Numbered from the stretch's first letter, positions 26,992 to 42,014 are shown. The stretch is DNA of 64,000 nucleotides from Octopus vulgaris (GCA_951406725.2 OX597823.1:81654001-81718000); one strand, 5' to 3'. Program-made: numbers and translations. Notes: generated by a model from the letters alone, not told the origin.

Positions 26992-28990
26992 TGTTAGTTA
27001 GTTAGTTAATTTTTGGCTCAAAAAGCAAAAAGCAAGGCCATGTAGGGGGACATGGAATTATGTACAGGGTGGTGTTCATGTAAAGAGTTCAGGCCACTTG
27101 TGGTCAAGGGAGATTTTGAACCGAGCAGTCGTCGGCATCTTCACCATCTCGTCTGGCAGCTTATTCCACGGATCTGCAACCCGGACAGAGAAAGCCCCTC
27201 TCCTTCGATTGAGATGAAATCGATGCAGATAGAGCTTTTCAGAATGACCCCACAGCCGACGCTCTGGAGCAGGAGTGAAGAACAGCTCTTTCGAGAGGTT
27301 ACACTTTCCGCTTATGATGCTGTGAGCAAGAATGAGATCACCACGGCGTCTGCGTTTTTCTAGAGAATAAAGGTCGAGCGTCTTCAGCCTTTCTTCATAA
27401 GACAAATTCTTGAGACCAAGAACCATGCAGGTAGTCAGCTTCTGGACCCTTTCAAGATGCTGTATGTCTTTGAGGAGATAAGGAGAAGAGGCTTGAATCC
27501 CGTACTCCAATATTGGTCTCACCAGCGTGACATAGAGCGGTAGGAATATGGCTGCTGTGAGCATTCTGCATGACCGTCGAATCAAGAACAGAACTCCGCG
27601 TGCTTTGTTGGCAGCATGGACGCACTGGGCTGAAGGCGAAAAGGAGGAATCCACCAAGATACCCAGGTCCTTTACCTGGTCGGTCCTCTCCAGCAGCAGA
27701 CGACCAGGCTCAAAATCAAGTTGAGTTGCAGGAGGAGAGCCAACAGGCAGATGACAGCACTTTGACACGTTCAGACACAGGTCCCATTCGTTAGACCATC
27801 TCCAAATTTGGTGGAGGCATCGACGAAGATCCTCTATATCACCGCAAGGAGTGACCAGTTTGACATCGTTGGCAAATAGAAGGGTGTGTTGCATGAGGTC
27901 GTCGGGCAAGTCATTTATGAAGACTAAGAACAATAAGGGCCCAAGCACTGAACCTTGAGGCACGCCACTGCTCGCACTGGAGACGTCGGACAGCGAACCA
28001 TTAACTTGGACTTGGAAGGAGCGATCTGAGAGAAAGGCACCAACCCATCGTACAATATCCGGATGGAAACCATATGCTTGAAGCTTGACCAGTAATAGGC
28101 GGTGGTTTACCGAGTCAAAAGCTTTGGCAAAGTCCAATAAAACGATGTCAACAGCATCACCATCATCGAGGATGTGCGTCACCAATTCTTCCATTACCAG
28201 TAAGTTGGTCAAGCATGATCTCTTTGGCACAAAGCCGTGTTGGGAATCAGAGATAAAGGCTGTGTTTTGGAGGTGGAGCATCATACTTTTCTTAAGGATG
28301 GTTTCGAACATCTTGCTGATTATTGAAGTAAGGGAAACCGGTTGGTAGTTAAGCGGGTCTTTGCGGCTCCCTTTCTTAAAAATTGGGCAGATTATTGCTG
28401 TTCTCCAGTCTGCAGGTATAACACCCGTCGCCAATGACATATTGAATAGACATGTTAAAGGCTTGCAGATGACCGGAGCCAACGCTTTGATAACCCGTGG
28501 GTGTATGCCGTCAGGGCCGTGACCCTTGTTGACATCGAGGCCTTGAATAACGCGTTCGACTTCGTCCCGCGTGATGACCAATCGAAGCATTGGAGGTACC
28601 GATCTAACAAATGGAGGGGTTCACGACCATCATCTCGTTTGAAAATAGTTGAAAAAGCCTCGGCAAATAATTGACTCTGTTGATAAGGGTCCTCAATCGA
28701 TACGCCTGTTGAGTCTACCAACGTTGCAATTTGGTTGTTCAAGCGGGAATTCCGTTGGACATGGGCAAAGAAGGTTTTTGGATTGCGACTGGCGTTTGCC
28801 GCGATTCTGTATTCATATCTGAAGTGTTCTTCCTTTTCAATTTTCATGGCTCGGTCTCGTTGAGTTTTGTACACCTCAAAAGCTGCAGTCGAATCTAGAT
28901 TTTTGAATTCAGCCCAAGCAATATCTCTGAGTCGAAATTCTCGTTTAACCTTCTTCGTCACCCAGGGCTTGTGTTTCTTCTTCCTATTCA
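26992..28990 (-). mobile_element. 5'-truncated CR1-group LINE ORF2 (reverse transcriptase), one frameshift, (TAAC)n tail
   Basis: 504-aa ORF with GPDGIHP, QHGFVPKRSC, LDFAKAFDSV, GVPQGSVLGPLLF and FANDVKL motifs. An upstream 178-aa ORF lies in another frame. Confidence 0.93.
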
Positions 28991-29029
28991 AGTTATATTT
29001 TTAGCTCTTATTTCTAGCAATTGTAGGTG

Positions 29030-29345
29030 GTATTTTCCATCCTTAATTTTTTTTGTTGCATATGTTATTGACATAGATGCCAACTTAAAGAATGCCACAG
29101 TGCTGAAATATGTTGATGACATCAAGCTGTACCTTGAAATAAAGAGGACAGATCCTGTACACTATAGATCTTTATTGCAATCAGACCTGGACAAAATGCA
29201 GCAGTGGATCATGGACTGGCAACTCAAACTGGCTGTGGGCAAATGTACCACCATGCATTTTGGGAGGAAAAACCCAGCATCTACTTACTTCCTCCACAAC
29301 ACTAATCTCAAAAAGTCTTCTTGTGAACGTGACCTGGACATTATC
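29030..29345 (+). mobile_element. Second, unrelated CR1-group RT fragment
   Basis: YVDDIKLY...LQSDLDKMQQWIMDWQLKLAVGKCTTMHFGRKNP. Confidence 0.75.
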
Positions 29346-31269
29346 TTGCCCAGGATATTAAAACAGTACAGTATAATGTGAATGTTACTGCTATTTTGTC
29401 AAGGAATGTAAATTAATACTGTATCTAATATTTATTTAATATTTTAGAAAGATCGACATATTTTTGGAAATGACGTAAGTCGAAATGATTTAACCAGAGG
29501 TATATGTGTCAAAACAGTTTGATTAAAATTCTATGCTACTTAAGTTTCAAAGCTACTTAAAGTTTTGAAACTCTAAGTAGCTTAAAGTTTCACTACCTGA
29601 CAATAAGCTTCATGAGCTTTGAAAGTTTAAGTTGCACAGAATTTGAATCAAACTGTTTTTGCTTCATCCATGTAACTCCCAATAAATGTGTTGAGTAACC
29701 TCCTTTTATTTGTCCATTCACTTGTATATATATTAGGCAAAAGGAGATAACTATATATATATGCATGCTAATTCAAGACCCATATTAAACTCCTCACTCA
29801 TATCACTATCAAACCAAGAGTTTAACTACAGTCTGTCCATAGCACTTAGCGTTACCTGCCACCCTTTGGGTCTTCTAGATACAAATATCTTTTATATATA
29901 TAGGCATAATAGTGGCTGTGTAGTAAGTAGCTTGATTATGAACCACATGGTTCCAGGTTCAGTCCCACTGCATGGCACCTCGGGCCAACCAAAGCTTTGT
30001 GAGTGGATTTGGTAGACGGAAACTGAAAGAAACCCATCGTATATATGTATATATATATATGTATGTGTGTGTATATGTTTGTGTGTCTGTGTTCCCCCCC
30101 CCCCCCAACATCGCTTGACAATGTTTGTGTGTCTGTGTTTGTCCCGCAAACATCACTTGACAACAGATGCTGGTGTGTTTACATCCCCGTAACTTAGCAG
30201 TTCGGCAAAAAGAGACCGATAGAATAAGTACTAGGCTTATAAAGAATAAGTCCTGTGGTTGATTTGCTCGACTAAAGGTGGTGCTCCAGCATGGCCACAG
30301 TTACATGACTGAATCAAGTAAAAGAGTAAAAGAGTATATAGTAGGCTATAGTAGAAGACACTTGTCCAACTTTCCACGCAGTGGAATTGAACTCAGAACC
30401 AAGCTTCTTACCATTCACCCTTGCCTGCACCCATATAAACTGTGACAAAACAGTGAAATTTTCTTCTATTATGATTTAGATTAAAACTTTCATTGTATCA
30501 GCCCCCTGCCACATAGATAAATACATCAATATATAAATATATAAATAGTATTGAATTGAAGTGTCTTGTGGTATAATAATAATGTGTACATTTATTTTTA
30601 TCATGCTCCTGTGTTCTAAAATATGAAGAAAGTCTCAATGGGATTTCATTTCGGGGAAAAAGAAATTGTCTCTGAAGAGCTGTTGTGTAAAAAAAAAAAA
30701 AAAGAAAGAAAAAAAGAAAAAAAACGAAAAATCGATCTGACTTGCAAGAGACATCAGCAGTTTGAGAGACATCGTGTTATGGCATTATTTCGGTCTTTCG
30801 CACTTCCTCTGCCACCTTGTGTTTCATGTTGCTTCGTCATCATCATCATCATCATCTTCATATTCTTCTCCTTCTCCCACTTGTCATTGTCAGCATCGCC
30901 ATCAGTGTAGTCATCATCATCCTAAACATCGTCATCATCATTGTAGTTATCATCATCATCATCATCATCATCTGTGTAATCATCATCACCATCCTCACCA
31001 CCACCACCACCATCATCATCCTAATCCTCATCAATGTAGTTACCACCACCACCACCACCACCACCATCATAATCCTAATCATCATCATCATCATCATCAT
31101 CATCATTGTAGTTATCACCACCACCACCACCACCACCATCCACCACCATCCACCACCACCTCCACCACCACCACCACCATCATCATCGCATCGTAGTTAT
31201 CACCACTACCACCACCATCATCAACATCCTAATCCTAATCCTCATCATCATTGTCATCACCATCATCAC

Positions 31270-31947
31270 CTCCACAACTGTGTGAAGAAGTGTTGCACTT
31301 TAAAGGTGGAAGGAACCTGTGGAAGAAGTAGACCCAGGAAGACATGGGAAGAAGTGGTGAAGCACAATCTTCTAATGCTGGGTCTCACGGAGGCAATGGC
31401 ATGTGACCAACACCTTTAACAATAATGCTGTGCTTGAGAAGACCCGTCGCACCAAGTGAGATTGTAGTCATGGCTGATGCCAGTGTTGTGTAACTGTCCC
31501 CTTAAATGTACCCTTTAAACATTGGGCGAAATGCTGTGCTTGTGAAGACCTATTGAGTTGAGTAAAATTACAGTCATGGCCAATGCCAGTGCCGTCTGAC
31601 TGGCACCTGTGCTGGTGGCACATAAAAAGCACCATTTGAGTATTGGGCCTCATGGATGTAGAGACAGATGATCTAGACCTTTGGCAATATATTGTGCTTG
31701 TGTAGACCTGTTAAGCCAAGTGAGACCATAGGCATGGCTGATGTTAGTGTCAGGTCAGTGGCACCCATGCTGGTGGCACATAAAAGCACCCATTATACTC
31801 TCGGAGTGGTTGGCATTAGGAAGGGCATCCAGCCGTAGAAACCTTGGCAAATCAGATCAGAACCTGGTGTAGCTCCCTGGTTTACCAGTTTTCAGTCAAA
31901 TTGTCCAAATCATGTCAGCATGGAAAAATGGATGTTAAATGATGATG

Positions 31948-31949
<2 letters not shown>
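31270..31949 (+). mobile_element. RTE/RTE-X LINE 3' end: ORF C-terminus, repeat-containing 3' UTR and (GAT)n tail
   Basis: CVKKCCTLKVEGTCGRSRPRKTWEEVV followed by GGCACATAAAAAGCACC units and GTTAAATGATGATGAT. Confidence 0.75.
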
Positions 31950-32018
<69 letters not shown>

Positions 32019-32476
32019 GTTTGCTTATTGATCGACATGAGCATCCCCTGTGATCATAATATCTCAGCGAAAGAGTTTGACAAGCTCAGAAAATATAAAG
32101 ACCTACTCATTGAAATTGAGAAAATGTGGCATCTCAAGGCGGTTACAATACCAGTGATCGTAGGAGCACTAGGAATGATCAAGAAGGGAACCGAAAATTA
32201 TATGAGAATGATCCCTGGCTTACCATCCCTGCAAGAAGTGCAAAAGATTGTCTTAACTGGTACATCACACGTATTGAGAAGAGCATTGTCGATGTGAGAA
32301 CTGTTGCTGCTCATGTATTTTAATTTAACTTAAAAAAAAAAATTTTTTTTTAAATGAACGAACTATTGAGTTTAGTTTAATGGCCTACCAATGTATACTA
32401 TGAGTTTCTTTGCCCTAGGAGTCAGGAAGACACTCGGCAAGAAATGGAAGCAAATTTGAAAGAAGAAAAAAAATGT
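32019..32476 (+). mobile_element. R4/Dong-type LINE 3' fragment inserted in (AAT)n
   Basis: ORF 32028-32297 IDMSIPCDHNISAKEFDKLRKYKDL...IPVIVGALGMI. Flanked by (AAT)n at 31949-32018 and 32477-32508. Confidence 0.8.
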
Positions 32477-32506
32477 AATAATAATATTAATGATAATAAT
32501 AATAAT

Positions 32507-32640
32507 AAAACATAATTTTTGTATGGAACAAACATAATTTTCGTATGGAACAAACATAATTTTCGTATGGTTTTTTAGGAACAAACATAATTTTCATATG
32601 GTTTTTTAGGAACAAACATAATTTTCGTATGTTTTTTTAG
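32507..32640. repeat. Short minisatellite of 22-32 bp units (AAACATAATTTTCGTATGG[TTTTTTAG]AAC), about 5 copies
   Basis: Read directly from the sequence. Confidence 0.8.
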
Positions 32641-33192
32641 GTATTCACTAGTACAACACTAAGTACAAAACCAAATATATGGCACCCTAGGCATAACACC
32701 AACATGAACTTCCAACTTGTTGTCTCTTGAGGTCTCTGGGTGAGACTTGGAGCCAGCTTATGCAAATGTAAAGCAAAAGTCAAACATAGAATAATAATAA
32801 TAATTGTATTGGGGATGAGTAAAATCCAGATGATCACCTCAAAAGCACTTCATGCCGGAGCCTGGCTAGCAAAGTGTTTGAATAGCAGAGTAAAGGTTAC
32901 ACCTTTAAATCAGCCGAAGAATGATTGGTTATACTCCAGCCAATTATTATGGAAGCATTCTGCAAATCCAATGCGCATATACCAAATAGGTGAGCTACAA
33001 TCCTCACAGAGTAAATAACAACAATTTTATATATTTACACATATAAAGATATAATTTTCACTTAATTAAAATTATCGCTATGCCTCCACATTTGATATGT
33101 TTATGCTTACTCTACCATTTTATCTGTGGCTCTAGTAATTCTTTCCAGCAATAGTAACAACAACAACAATAATGATGATAATAATAATGATG

Positions 33193-33244
<52 letters not shown>

Positions 33245-33396
33245 TGATGATGATGATGATGACGATGACGATGATGATGATGATGATGACAATGATGATG
33301 ATGATGATGATGATGACGATGATGATGATGATGACGATGATGATGATGATGATGATGACGATGATGATGATGATGATAATGATAATGATGATGATG

Positions 33397-33430
<34 letters not shown>

Positions 33431-33453
33431 TGATGATAATAATAATAATAATG

Positions 33454-33509
<56 letters not shown>

Positions 33510-33871
33510 CATGATGCTTATACTCTGTTGGACTGTTGCTATGGTGAGTGATGTGCTTAAGATGCAGGCGACTGGAAAAGCTAACAAAAGGAAAAAAAAA
33601 CAAGAACAACAAAGAAAACAAAACAGAAAAGACTAACTAAAACAAAACAAACCTGTTCAGTGAAATGATAAGAAAGATATGATGTTGAAATGATGATGAA
33701 GATGATGCTGATGATGACGACAACGATGCATGTGAGAAAGATGGTGATGGTGGTGGTGGTGGTGGTGGTGGCAGCGGCCGCAGTGATGGTAGTGATGGTT
33801 AAGATGGTGGTGATGATTGTGATGTTCATATTAATGCTTCTAGTGATGGCTGATGGTCATGATAATGTTGT

Positions 33872-33914
<43 letters not shown>

Positions 33915-34480
33915 AAAGAAATTATCTGAATCTAATATACACAATCTCTGAATAGCTCTTAGTGCTGTTGTTGTTGTTTAACCCTGGGTTAGCCTCAATC
34001 AAAACAAACCCAGCCTCGATAATTTGCAACCCCCCACCCCACTCCTATGATTATATCATCCAATATCTTTTTCAATTTTTGAAGACTGTAAAATTTGAGT
34101 AGAAAGAAATTCGGCTCTATTTCTAGCATATTGAATGACCATCTAAAGGCCACCTTAATATTTCTTATATTGTCCGTTGGCAACATTATTTATGGTTTTG
34201 AACAAGATTTAGGTCTGAAAAAGAATGTCTGTGCAGGTAAATTATTAGACCACTCAATAAATGGTTCACAGATTCTAATCTATTGCAAGCATTTTGCAAT
34301 ATTTCTAGGGAAAGCACTTCACTTTATACATATACCTATCACCATCACCACCACCTCCACCACCACAACCATGACCACTACTACCACCATGACCATGACC
34401 ACGACCACAACGATGACGATGAACACCATCATCACTGTCGCCATCACCATCACCACCACAACCACAGCCTCCACTACTGT

Positions 34481-34511
<31 letters not shown>

Positions 34512-34619
34512 ACCACCACCTCCACTACCACAACCATGACCCCCAACGACCACCATGACGATGACGACGATGACAACGATGACTCCCACCAACACCAACA
34601 CCACCACCACCACCACTGT

Positions 34620-34660
<41 letters not shown>

Positions 34661-35224
34661 TCAATACCACTACAATCACCACAGCCTCCACCACTGCCTC
34701 CATCACCACCGCTGCCGCCTCCACCACCACCACCATCACCACCTCCATCACCAGCACTAATTCACATAGCTGTCAGCAATTGGTGGTCTGGGAAAGAGTG
34801 ATGGGTGTAACTGTGCAGTAAGAAGTTTCCTTCTCAATCACATGGTTTTGGGTTCAGTTCTATTGTGTGGTACCTTGAGCAAGTATTTTCTGCTGTAGCT
34901 CAAGATCAAGCAAAGTTTTGTGTATAAATTTTGTTGACAGAAACTGAAAGAAGCCTACCAATGAAACAACCAAGCATGTGTCTACAGCATGTAGACACTC
35001 CTTTGTATGTGCGTGCACATCCAAAGATATAAAGCATGCTTATGTTGATACTACAGGTATAAAGTGTGTATATGTGGGTGTGTGTGTGTGTGCCAGCACT
35101 GGATTAACCCTTCAGGCAAAATAAGCACATGCTTAGGGTATCAAGGGACGAGGGCACCAAAGAAATGAAATGGTTTACGGTACTAAAGAAATCACTTTAA
35201 ACTTGCTAAAATAATATTCATAAT

Positions 35225-35600
35225 GCCTTACCAAAAGCTGACCAGAAGAGAATTAATGCATTCGAGCTTTGGAGTTGGAGAAGACTTTTACGGATTCCAT
35301 GGACAGCGAGGCTCACCAATGGAGAAGTTCTTAAGCAGATAAAGCTGAAAACGTCGCTAGAAGCTTGGATCACCAAGCATAGATTGGCATATATCGGTCA
35401 TATTATGCGGAGAAAATCCCTGGAGAAGGACATCATGCTCGGAATGGTCAGTGGCAAGAGAGGAAGAGGCCAACCAAGAACCCACTGGATTGATACCATC
35501 AAGAGTGATACCGGAATGGACATAGCCAATTTGAAAGAAGCGGCCCAGGATAGAACTGACTGGAGGACACTGATCCAACAAGTGACCGAGAGTCGACTTC
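35225..35600 (+). mobile_element. RTE (BovB-like) LINE 3' fragment, set within a hAT remnant (about 35093-35700)
   Basis: RINAFELWSWRRLLRIPWTARLTN...GHIMRRKSLEKDIMLG...GKRGRGQPRTHWID. The downstream LSLLSIE..INFNDIIEHFA resembles a hAT dimerisation tail. Confidence 0.8.
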
Positions 35601-36250
35601 GACAGCAGTTAGAGAGAGAGAATGCCTTATCTCTACTAAGTATAGAAGCAGAAGTTTTATGTAAAATTAACTTTAATGATATCATCGAACACTTTGCATG
35701 GGTTGGATGTATATATATATATATATATATATGTAAATATCTTTTATCATTTACTTATTTCAGTCATTAGACTGTGGCCAGGCTGGGGCACTACCTCAAA
35801 GAATTTTAGTTGAAGGAATCAACTTCAGCATTTAATGTTTTTTTTAAAGTCTGGTGCCTATTCTATCGGTCTCTTTCACTGAAACACAATCAACACCAGT
35901 TGTAAAACAGTGGTGGGGGACCATCACATGCACACACACACACACGAAAGGCTTCTTTCAGTTTCCATTTGCCAAATCCACTTTGGTTGGCCTGACGCTA
36001 TAACATAATACACTTACTTGCCCAAGGTGCCACACAGTGGAACTGAACCAGGAACCATGTGGTTGGGAAGCAAGCTTCTTTCAACACAGCCACAACTGTA
36101 TACACACACACGTGTGTGCACACACACACAAACAAAATAATGAGTATGATCATTACTTGTTAATGAGCTGTATGGCTTCTTTATTTTCATACACATAAAG
36201 AGAAATATTCTCACACACAATCAGAGTACAAATGAGTGAGTGAGCAAGCC

Positions 36251-36331
<81 letters not shown>

Positions 36332-38248
36332 GAGAAGGAGAAAAGCATTAAAATGTCTGATGTTAAATAAATCAGCGCATTGAATCAGCAACACCAAATA
36401 ACTGGCACCACAATGGCTGTGCCAAAACATCTCACCAAATTAGAAGACACTTTTTTAGTGTGTTGCACAGTAGTAATGAACCTGGAACCACATGCTTGTG
36501 AAATAAAGTTCTTAAACCATACGACCATACTGGTTTAAACAAACTGGCCTTCTAGGTCTCTCAGGTTTGTGTGAAACTATTGACTTATTAAGAAGTTATA
36601 GAAAATCCATTAGTTTTCTCAACAACCTGTTTTCTATCTCTAGTTTATTGTTCCAAACAACCTTAATAACAAAATGTAGTGTCTTGCTCATTAATTTGTC
36701 TTAGAGTCTTTGAAGAGAGTATTTATTTTCTTTTAAGATAATTTCATGTGAAAAATTCAACAATAAGGAACAACGCAATGTATAATATTGATTAAGCAAT
36801 TTGCTCATAATTGTGACACAAAAGCTACATTGATAGCAGTATTAACCAGCTTAGCTCATAGGTCAGGTGTGTTTAAATTATCACAACCATTGAAGTAGTT
36901 GGTTTTTAAGGACATTATGGCTGTTGCTGTAAACAGTTCTTTGACATAAAGATAGATAAATTATTGATTTTATTTTTTGATTTACAAGACACAGACATCT
37001 GGGTGTATAGGTGAAACTATGAATCTGATAATATATGGATCTAAGCATTTATAAAGAAATTATTTAGACAGAGGAAGGGAAGGAGAAGGACGAAGTGGAA
37101 GAGTTAACAACATCAATATTTACATGTTCTTCCATATTCGGTGTAATGGATTTGGTCGTCTTTTAGTTTGAGATTGTTAGACGACTGTAATAAAAAGACA
37201 TACATATACATATGAATGCGTGTTTGTGCATACATGTGTGTGTATGTGTGTGTGTAGCCTTGGCATTATGTAATGGTTGTAAGGTGATGAGCTGGCAGAA
37301 TTGTTAGCACACAGGGTGAAATGCTTAGTGGCATTTCTCTCATCACTACTTTCTGAGTTCAAATTTTGCTGAGGTTAACTTTGCCTTTCATCCTTTCGTG
37401 GTTCATAAATTAAGTACCAGTGAGACACTGGGGTCGGTATAATTGACTAGATCTTGCCCCACAAATTTCAGACATCTTAAGCATTTGGGCTGGTGCCACT
37501 TAAAAAGCACTCTCAGAGTGATTGGTGTTAAGAAGGGCATCAGGCTGTAGAAACCATGCCAAAACAAATGAGCCCGGTGCTGCTCTACAGCCAGCCAGCT
37601 CCTGTTGACCGACCAACCTATGCCAGCATGGAAAGCGGACATTAAACAATGATGATTATGATGATGATAATGATTCATACACATTCACATTTTCTCTCTG
37701 TCCCTGTCTCTCTCTCTCTGTCTGTCTTATACACACTCACATGCACATACTCTTTCTCTTTCATACACACTCACACACACATTCTTTCTCTCTATATTAC
37801 TGTCTCATATAGACAGACACACACACATACTTACACCCACATACTCACACACACACATACACACATGCGTGCACACATGTACACACTCACACACCCACAC
37901 ACACACACATACACTTGTGTGCATACATACATACACATACACGCACACCTGCATACTCTTACATACTCACACACATACACATACACACTTACATACTCAC
38001 ACACACATATACACATGCACATACACACACACATGTACACATGGACGGACACACACAAACGGACACACACAGTGACACTTCTGTGCAAAGTTACACAAAT
38101 ATTACAATTTTTCATGAGATTAAAGTTTTATGAAGGAAAGAGAGAGACGGAAAAAAACCCAAAACAAAACAAAACATTTAGTTTGGGAAATCAAGATCAC
38201 TCTTGATTGATTAAATAGAAGTTTTTAGATGTTTAATAACAATGCAAT

Positions 38249-38304
<56 letters not shown>

Positions 38305-38314
38305 CGACAACGAC

Positions 38315-38352
<38 letters not shown>

Positions 38353-38412
38353 TAATAATAACAATAATAATAATAACAACAACAACAATAACAATAATGA
38401 CAATAATAATAA

Positions 38413-38444
<32 letters not shown>

Positions 38445-38519
38445 ATAATAATAATAATAATAATAGCAACAATAACAATAATGACAATAATAATAATAGT
38501 AGTAGTAGTAGTAATAGTA

Positions 38520-38560
<41 letters not shown>

Positions 38561-38736
38561 TACGACAACCATAAATATAACAATACCATCCATAATAATG
38601 ATAATGATTTATAACAACAACAAGTAATAACAATAATAATTAAAATATTAATGATCATGATGATTATAACAATGAAAATGATGATGATAGTAATGATGGT
38701 GATGATGATGATGATGATGATGATAATAATAATGAT

Positions 38737-38791
<55 letters not shown>

Positions 38792-38978
38792 GAATGATGA
38801 TGGTGGAGATAATGGTCAGGATGGTGTTTGTGAATATGACATTTATTGTCATAGTAGTGGCGATGATAAAGATGATGACAGTCAGAAAGTAGAGGGCAGC
38901 AGTGAGGATAGTGATGATAATGATTGTGTGACAGTGATGTTAGTTTAAAAGTTCTGGTCGATAGTGATGATGATGATA

Positions 38979-39014
<36 letters not shown>

Positions 39015-39586
39015 ATGATGATGAGATTGTTACCTGTTTTGATGATTACGATGATAATGATAATGAAGATGAGGTGGAGAGTGATGGATAGTTGTAGAAG
39101 AATATGAAAATGATGATGGTGATGATGATGATGATGATGATGATGATGCTGATGACAACGATAACGACGGTGATTGTGATGATGACAAAGACAACAATAA
39201 TTATGATGATGATGATGAGGAGGAGGAGGAGGAGGAAGAGGGAGAGAAAAAAGAAGAGGTCGGCGGCGACAATAATATTGATGATGATGATGATGATGAC
39301 AATAGCAATGACGACAGCAAAGACAACATCGGTGATGATGATGTTAATGATGATGATGATGATGACGTTCATGATAGTAGTGGGGTGGGAGTGGTGAGGA
39401 TGGGTGGTGAGGATTTTGTATGTGTGTATGTATGTGGGGGGGGGGGCTTGAGGAATATTTTCAAAAACGACATACAGTGATTGTAATACATCAAATTCTA
39501 ACATTGTTCCCTTTAAATACCTCATAAATATTCATTTCTAAGAAATTACCAAAAAGTTACATTGTTCATATCTCTTTTATTCACAG

Positions 39587-39717
39587 GACAGAATATTCTT
39601 CGTCGAAAAGAAAAAATTTGGAAAATTTATTTCATGTATTATGTTCTTCTATAGAAATATTTATTCCACATTTGACGAAAACCATTTTTCTTTTGTCTGA
39701 ATTCCCATTAAATAACT
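39587..39717 (+). CDS. RGS9BP: Coding exon B (131 nt, phase 2 to 1) of the RGS9BP-like gene
   Basis: tctcttttattcacag acceptor and T|gtaagt donor. In frame with exon A (AG+G=Arg). Encodes TEYSSSKRKNLENLFHVLCSSIEIFIPHLTKTIFLLSEFPLNN, aligning by eye to R9AP FERLWVAFSGCLDLLE...ATFPLH. Confidence 0.88.
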
Positions 39718-40092
39718 GTAAGTATTCATTTTCAATCAAAGTTTTATTTTTTCTTCTGTTCTTGTTATTTTTGGTGATAGGTGGCTACAAGCAAGCTTGC
39801 TGTTGATGTTCGTGATATCATAACTTCATTGACATCATAATAACCATGCTTGATAATACATACACAAACACACACACACACACACACATGCATATCTACA
39901 TTATATAATATATGTATGTATAACCTAATGTTGAACTGTGGGAATGAGTGCTCGACACCACATTGGTGGATAAATAGTTTTGATTTGTGGGTTAACAAGG
40001 CTGCCATTGGTTTCATGCTGTGAGAAAATTTCTTGCCACATGGGTCGTTGGTACTCATCTCCATCTTCAGTGAGAATATATATGTGTGTGTA

Positions 40093-40136
<44 letters not shown>

Positions 40137-40373
40137 TATATATCAGCGTGCACACTAACATGGACCATTTCCCAGCACCTACACCATCATCCACACACCT
40201 ACACATGCACACAGACACATCAATGTCACCAGCTCCCTTCCACATGCACATACATGTTCTCACATGCAACACATGCACATGCACCTTTGCTTTGGGATCA
40301 CCACTACTTTATTATCTCCCCTTCTTTCTAGCCCTCCTGTGTGAGCCCTCTGTCCAGCATTTGCCATGATAGA

Positions 40374-40746
40374 TCACTAGCCACTAAACCTTTTTATATT
40401 TTCTCTCCCTGTTTATTTCTTTGTTCCTTTCTGTTGAAGAGCATAGGCTCGAAATGTAAAAAACTTCCTCACTTCCTGAGCAATAAACTAATACATCTGT
40501 TTGTTGTTTACACACCCATCTTCATCTTTTGTTTTTTTGTAAATTTTCACTATATGTATAGTTGGAATTTACAAAAAAAAACAAAACAAAAGACGAAGAC
40601 AAGTATGTAAACAACAAACAGATGTATTAGTTTAATGCTTGGGAAGTGAGAAAGTCTTTTACATTTCGAGCCTATGCTCTTCAACAGAAAGGAACACAGA
40701 AAAAAACAGAGAGAGAGAAAATGTAAAGGGTGTAGTGGCTAGCGAT
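40374..40746. repeat. About 170-bp inverted-repeat element with a hammerhead-like variant; a single arm also occurs at 49590-49760
   Basis: The arms are reverse complements. Each carries CTGTTGA-A-GAGC ATAG GCTC-GAAA. Confidence 0.6.
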
Positions 40747-41666
40747 CAATCATTGCTTTTTTGTTCTTTTGTCTTTGTTGTCATACCCATTTGCTTGCTT
40801 TCTCCTAAAATATTTAATGCTCTTAGCTTAGATTTTTGGGGCCAGCCAGATTTGAACAGCCTCAAGTGTAACTGGCAGAAACTGTAAGAATGATTTGGAA
40901 ACTTCACTGATGAGAGAAGGCCATGAATGGCCAGTCCTTGTTTTTTCCTGTCCATCTTTATATCGTGTATCTGTTCGGATGTTTTATTGTTGTTTGTTGC
41001 ATTCTTGTTCCATTTTGGGGATTTATACATACATACATACACATTTACATATGTATCTATCGATCTATCTATCTATCTATCTATCTATCTATATTTATAT
41101 ATATTTATATATATATATGTATATGTTTGTGTGTGTGTGTGTACATACATATGTATATATATATATGAGGGGTTGCTTTAAGGGTAGTGTGAAAGGCCTG
41201 GTTGGAGGCCCAGCCTTGCGAGTCTTTTTACTGGGCTTAGAAAAACTGAAGTTTTCAACAAGTGTGTGAATCTGAGAGGGGAATATGTTGAAGGAAATCA
41301 TAATTAACTGATCCTCCTGTATTTTCTTTTACTCGAAGACAAGAACTTTTCAGCACCCTCTTGTATTGTATGTATATAAACACACACATGCAGACACACG
41401 CACACAGACACATATACTCACACACACACATATGTCATCATCATCACCATCATCATTACCATCATTGATTAACATCTGTTTTCCCATGTTGGCATGAGTT
41501 GGATGGTTTTGACAGGATCCACTGAGGCGTAAGGCTGTATTGTGCTCTGTGCTAGCTTTGGCATGGGTTCAATGGTTGAATGCCTCTCCTAATGTCAACC
41601 ACTTTACAGTGTACTTTTCATGCCATCAGAACTTGAGGGGCTGCCAAATAACTTGTAAGATCTATC

Positions 41667-41791
<125 letters not shown>

Positions 41792-41932
41792 GCATGTGTG
41801 TGTGTTTATGTATGTGTGCATATACATATAGATGCATATGTATGATACCTACACACACACACACATATATATGTATATATATATTTGTATATATAATATG
41901 TGTATATGTATATATATATATGTATGTATATA

Positions 41933-41963
<31 letters not shown>

Positions 41964-41982
41964 GTATACGTATATACATGTA

Positions 41983-42014
<32 letters not shown>

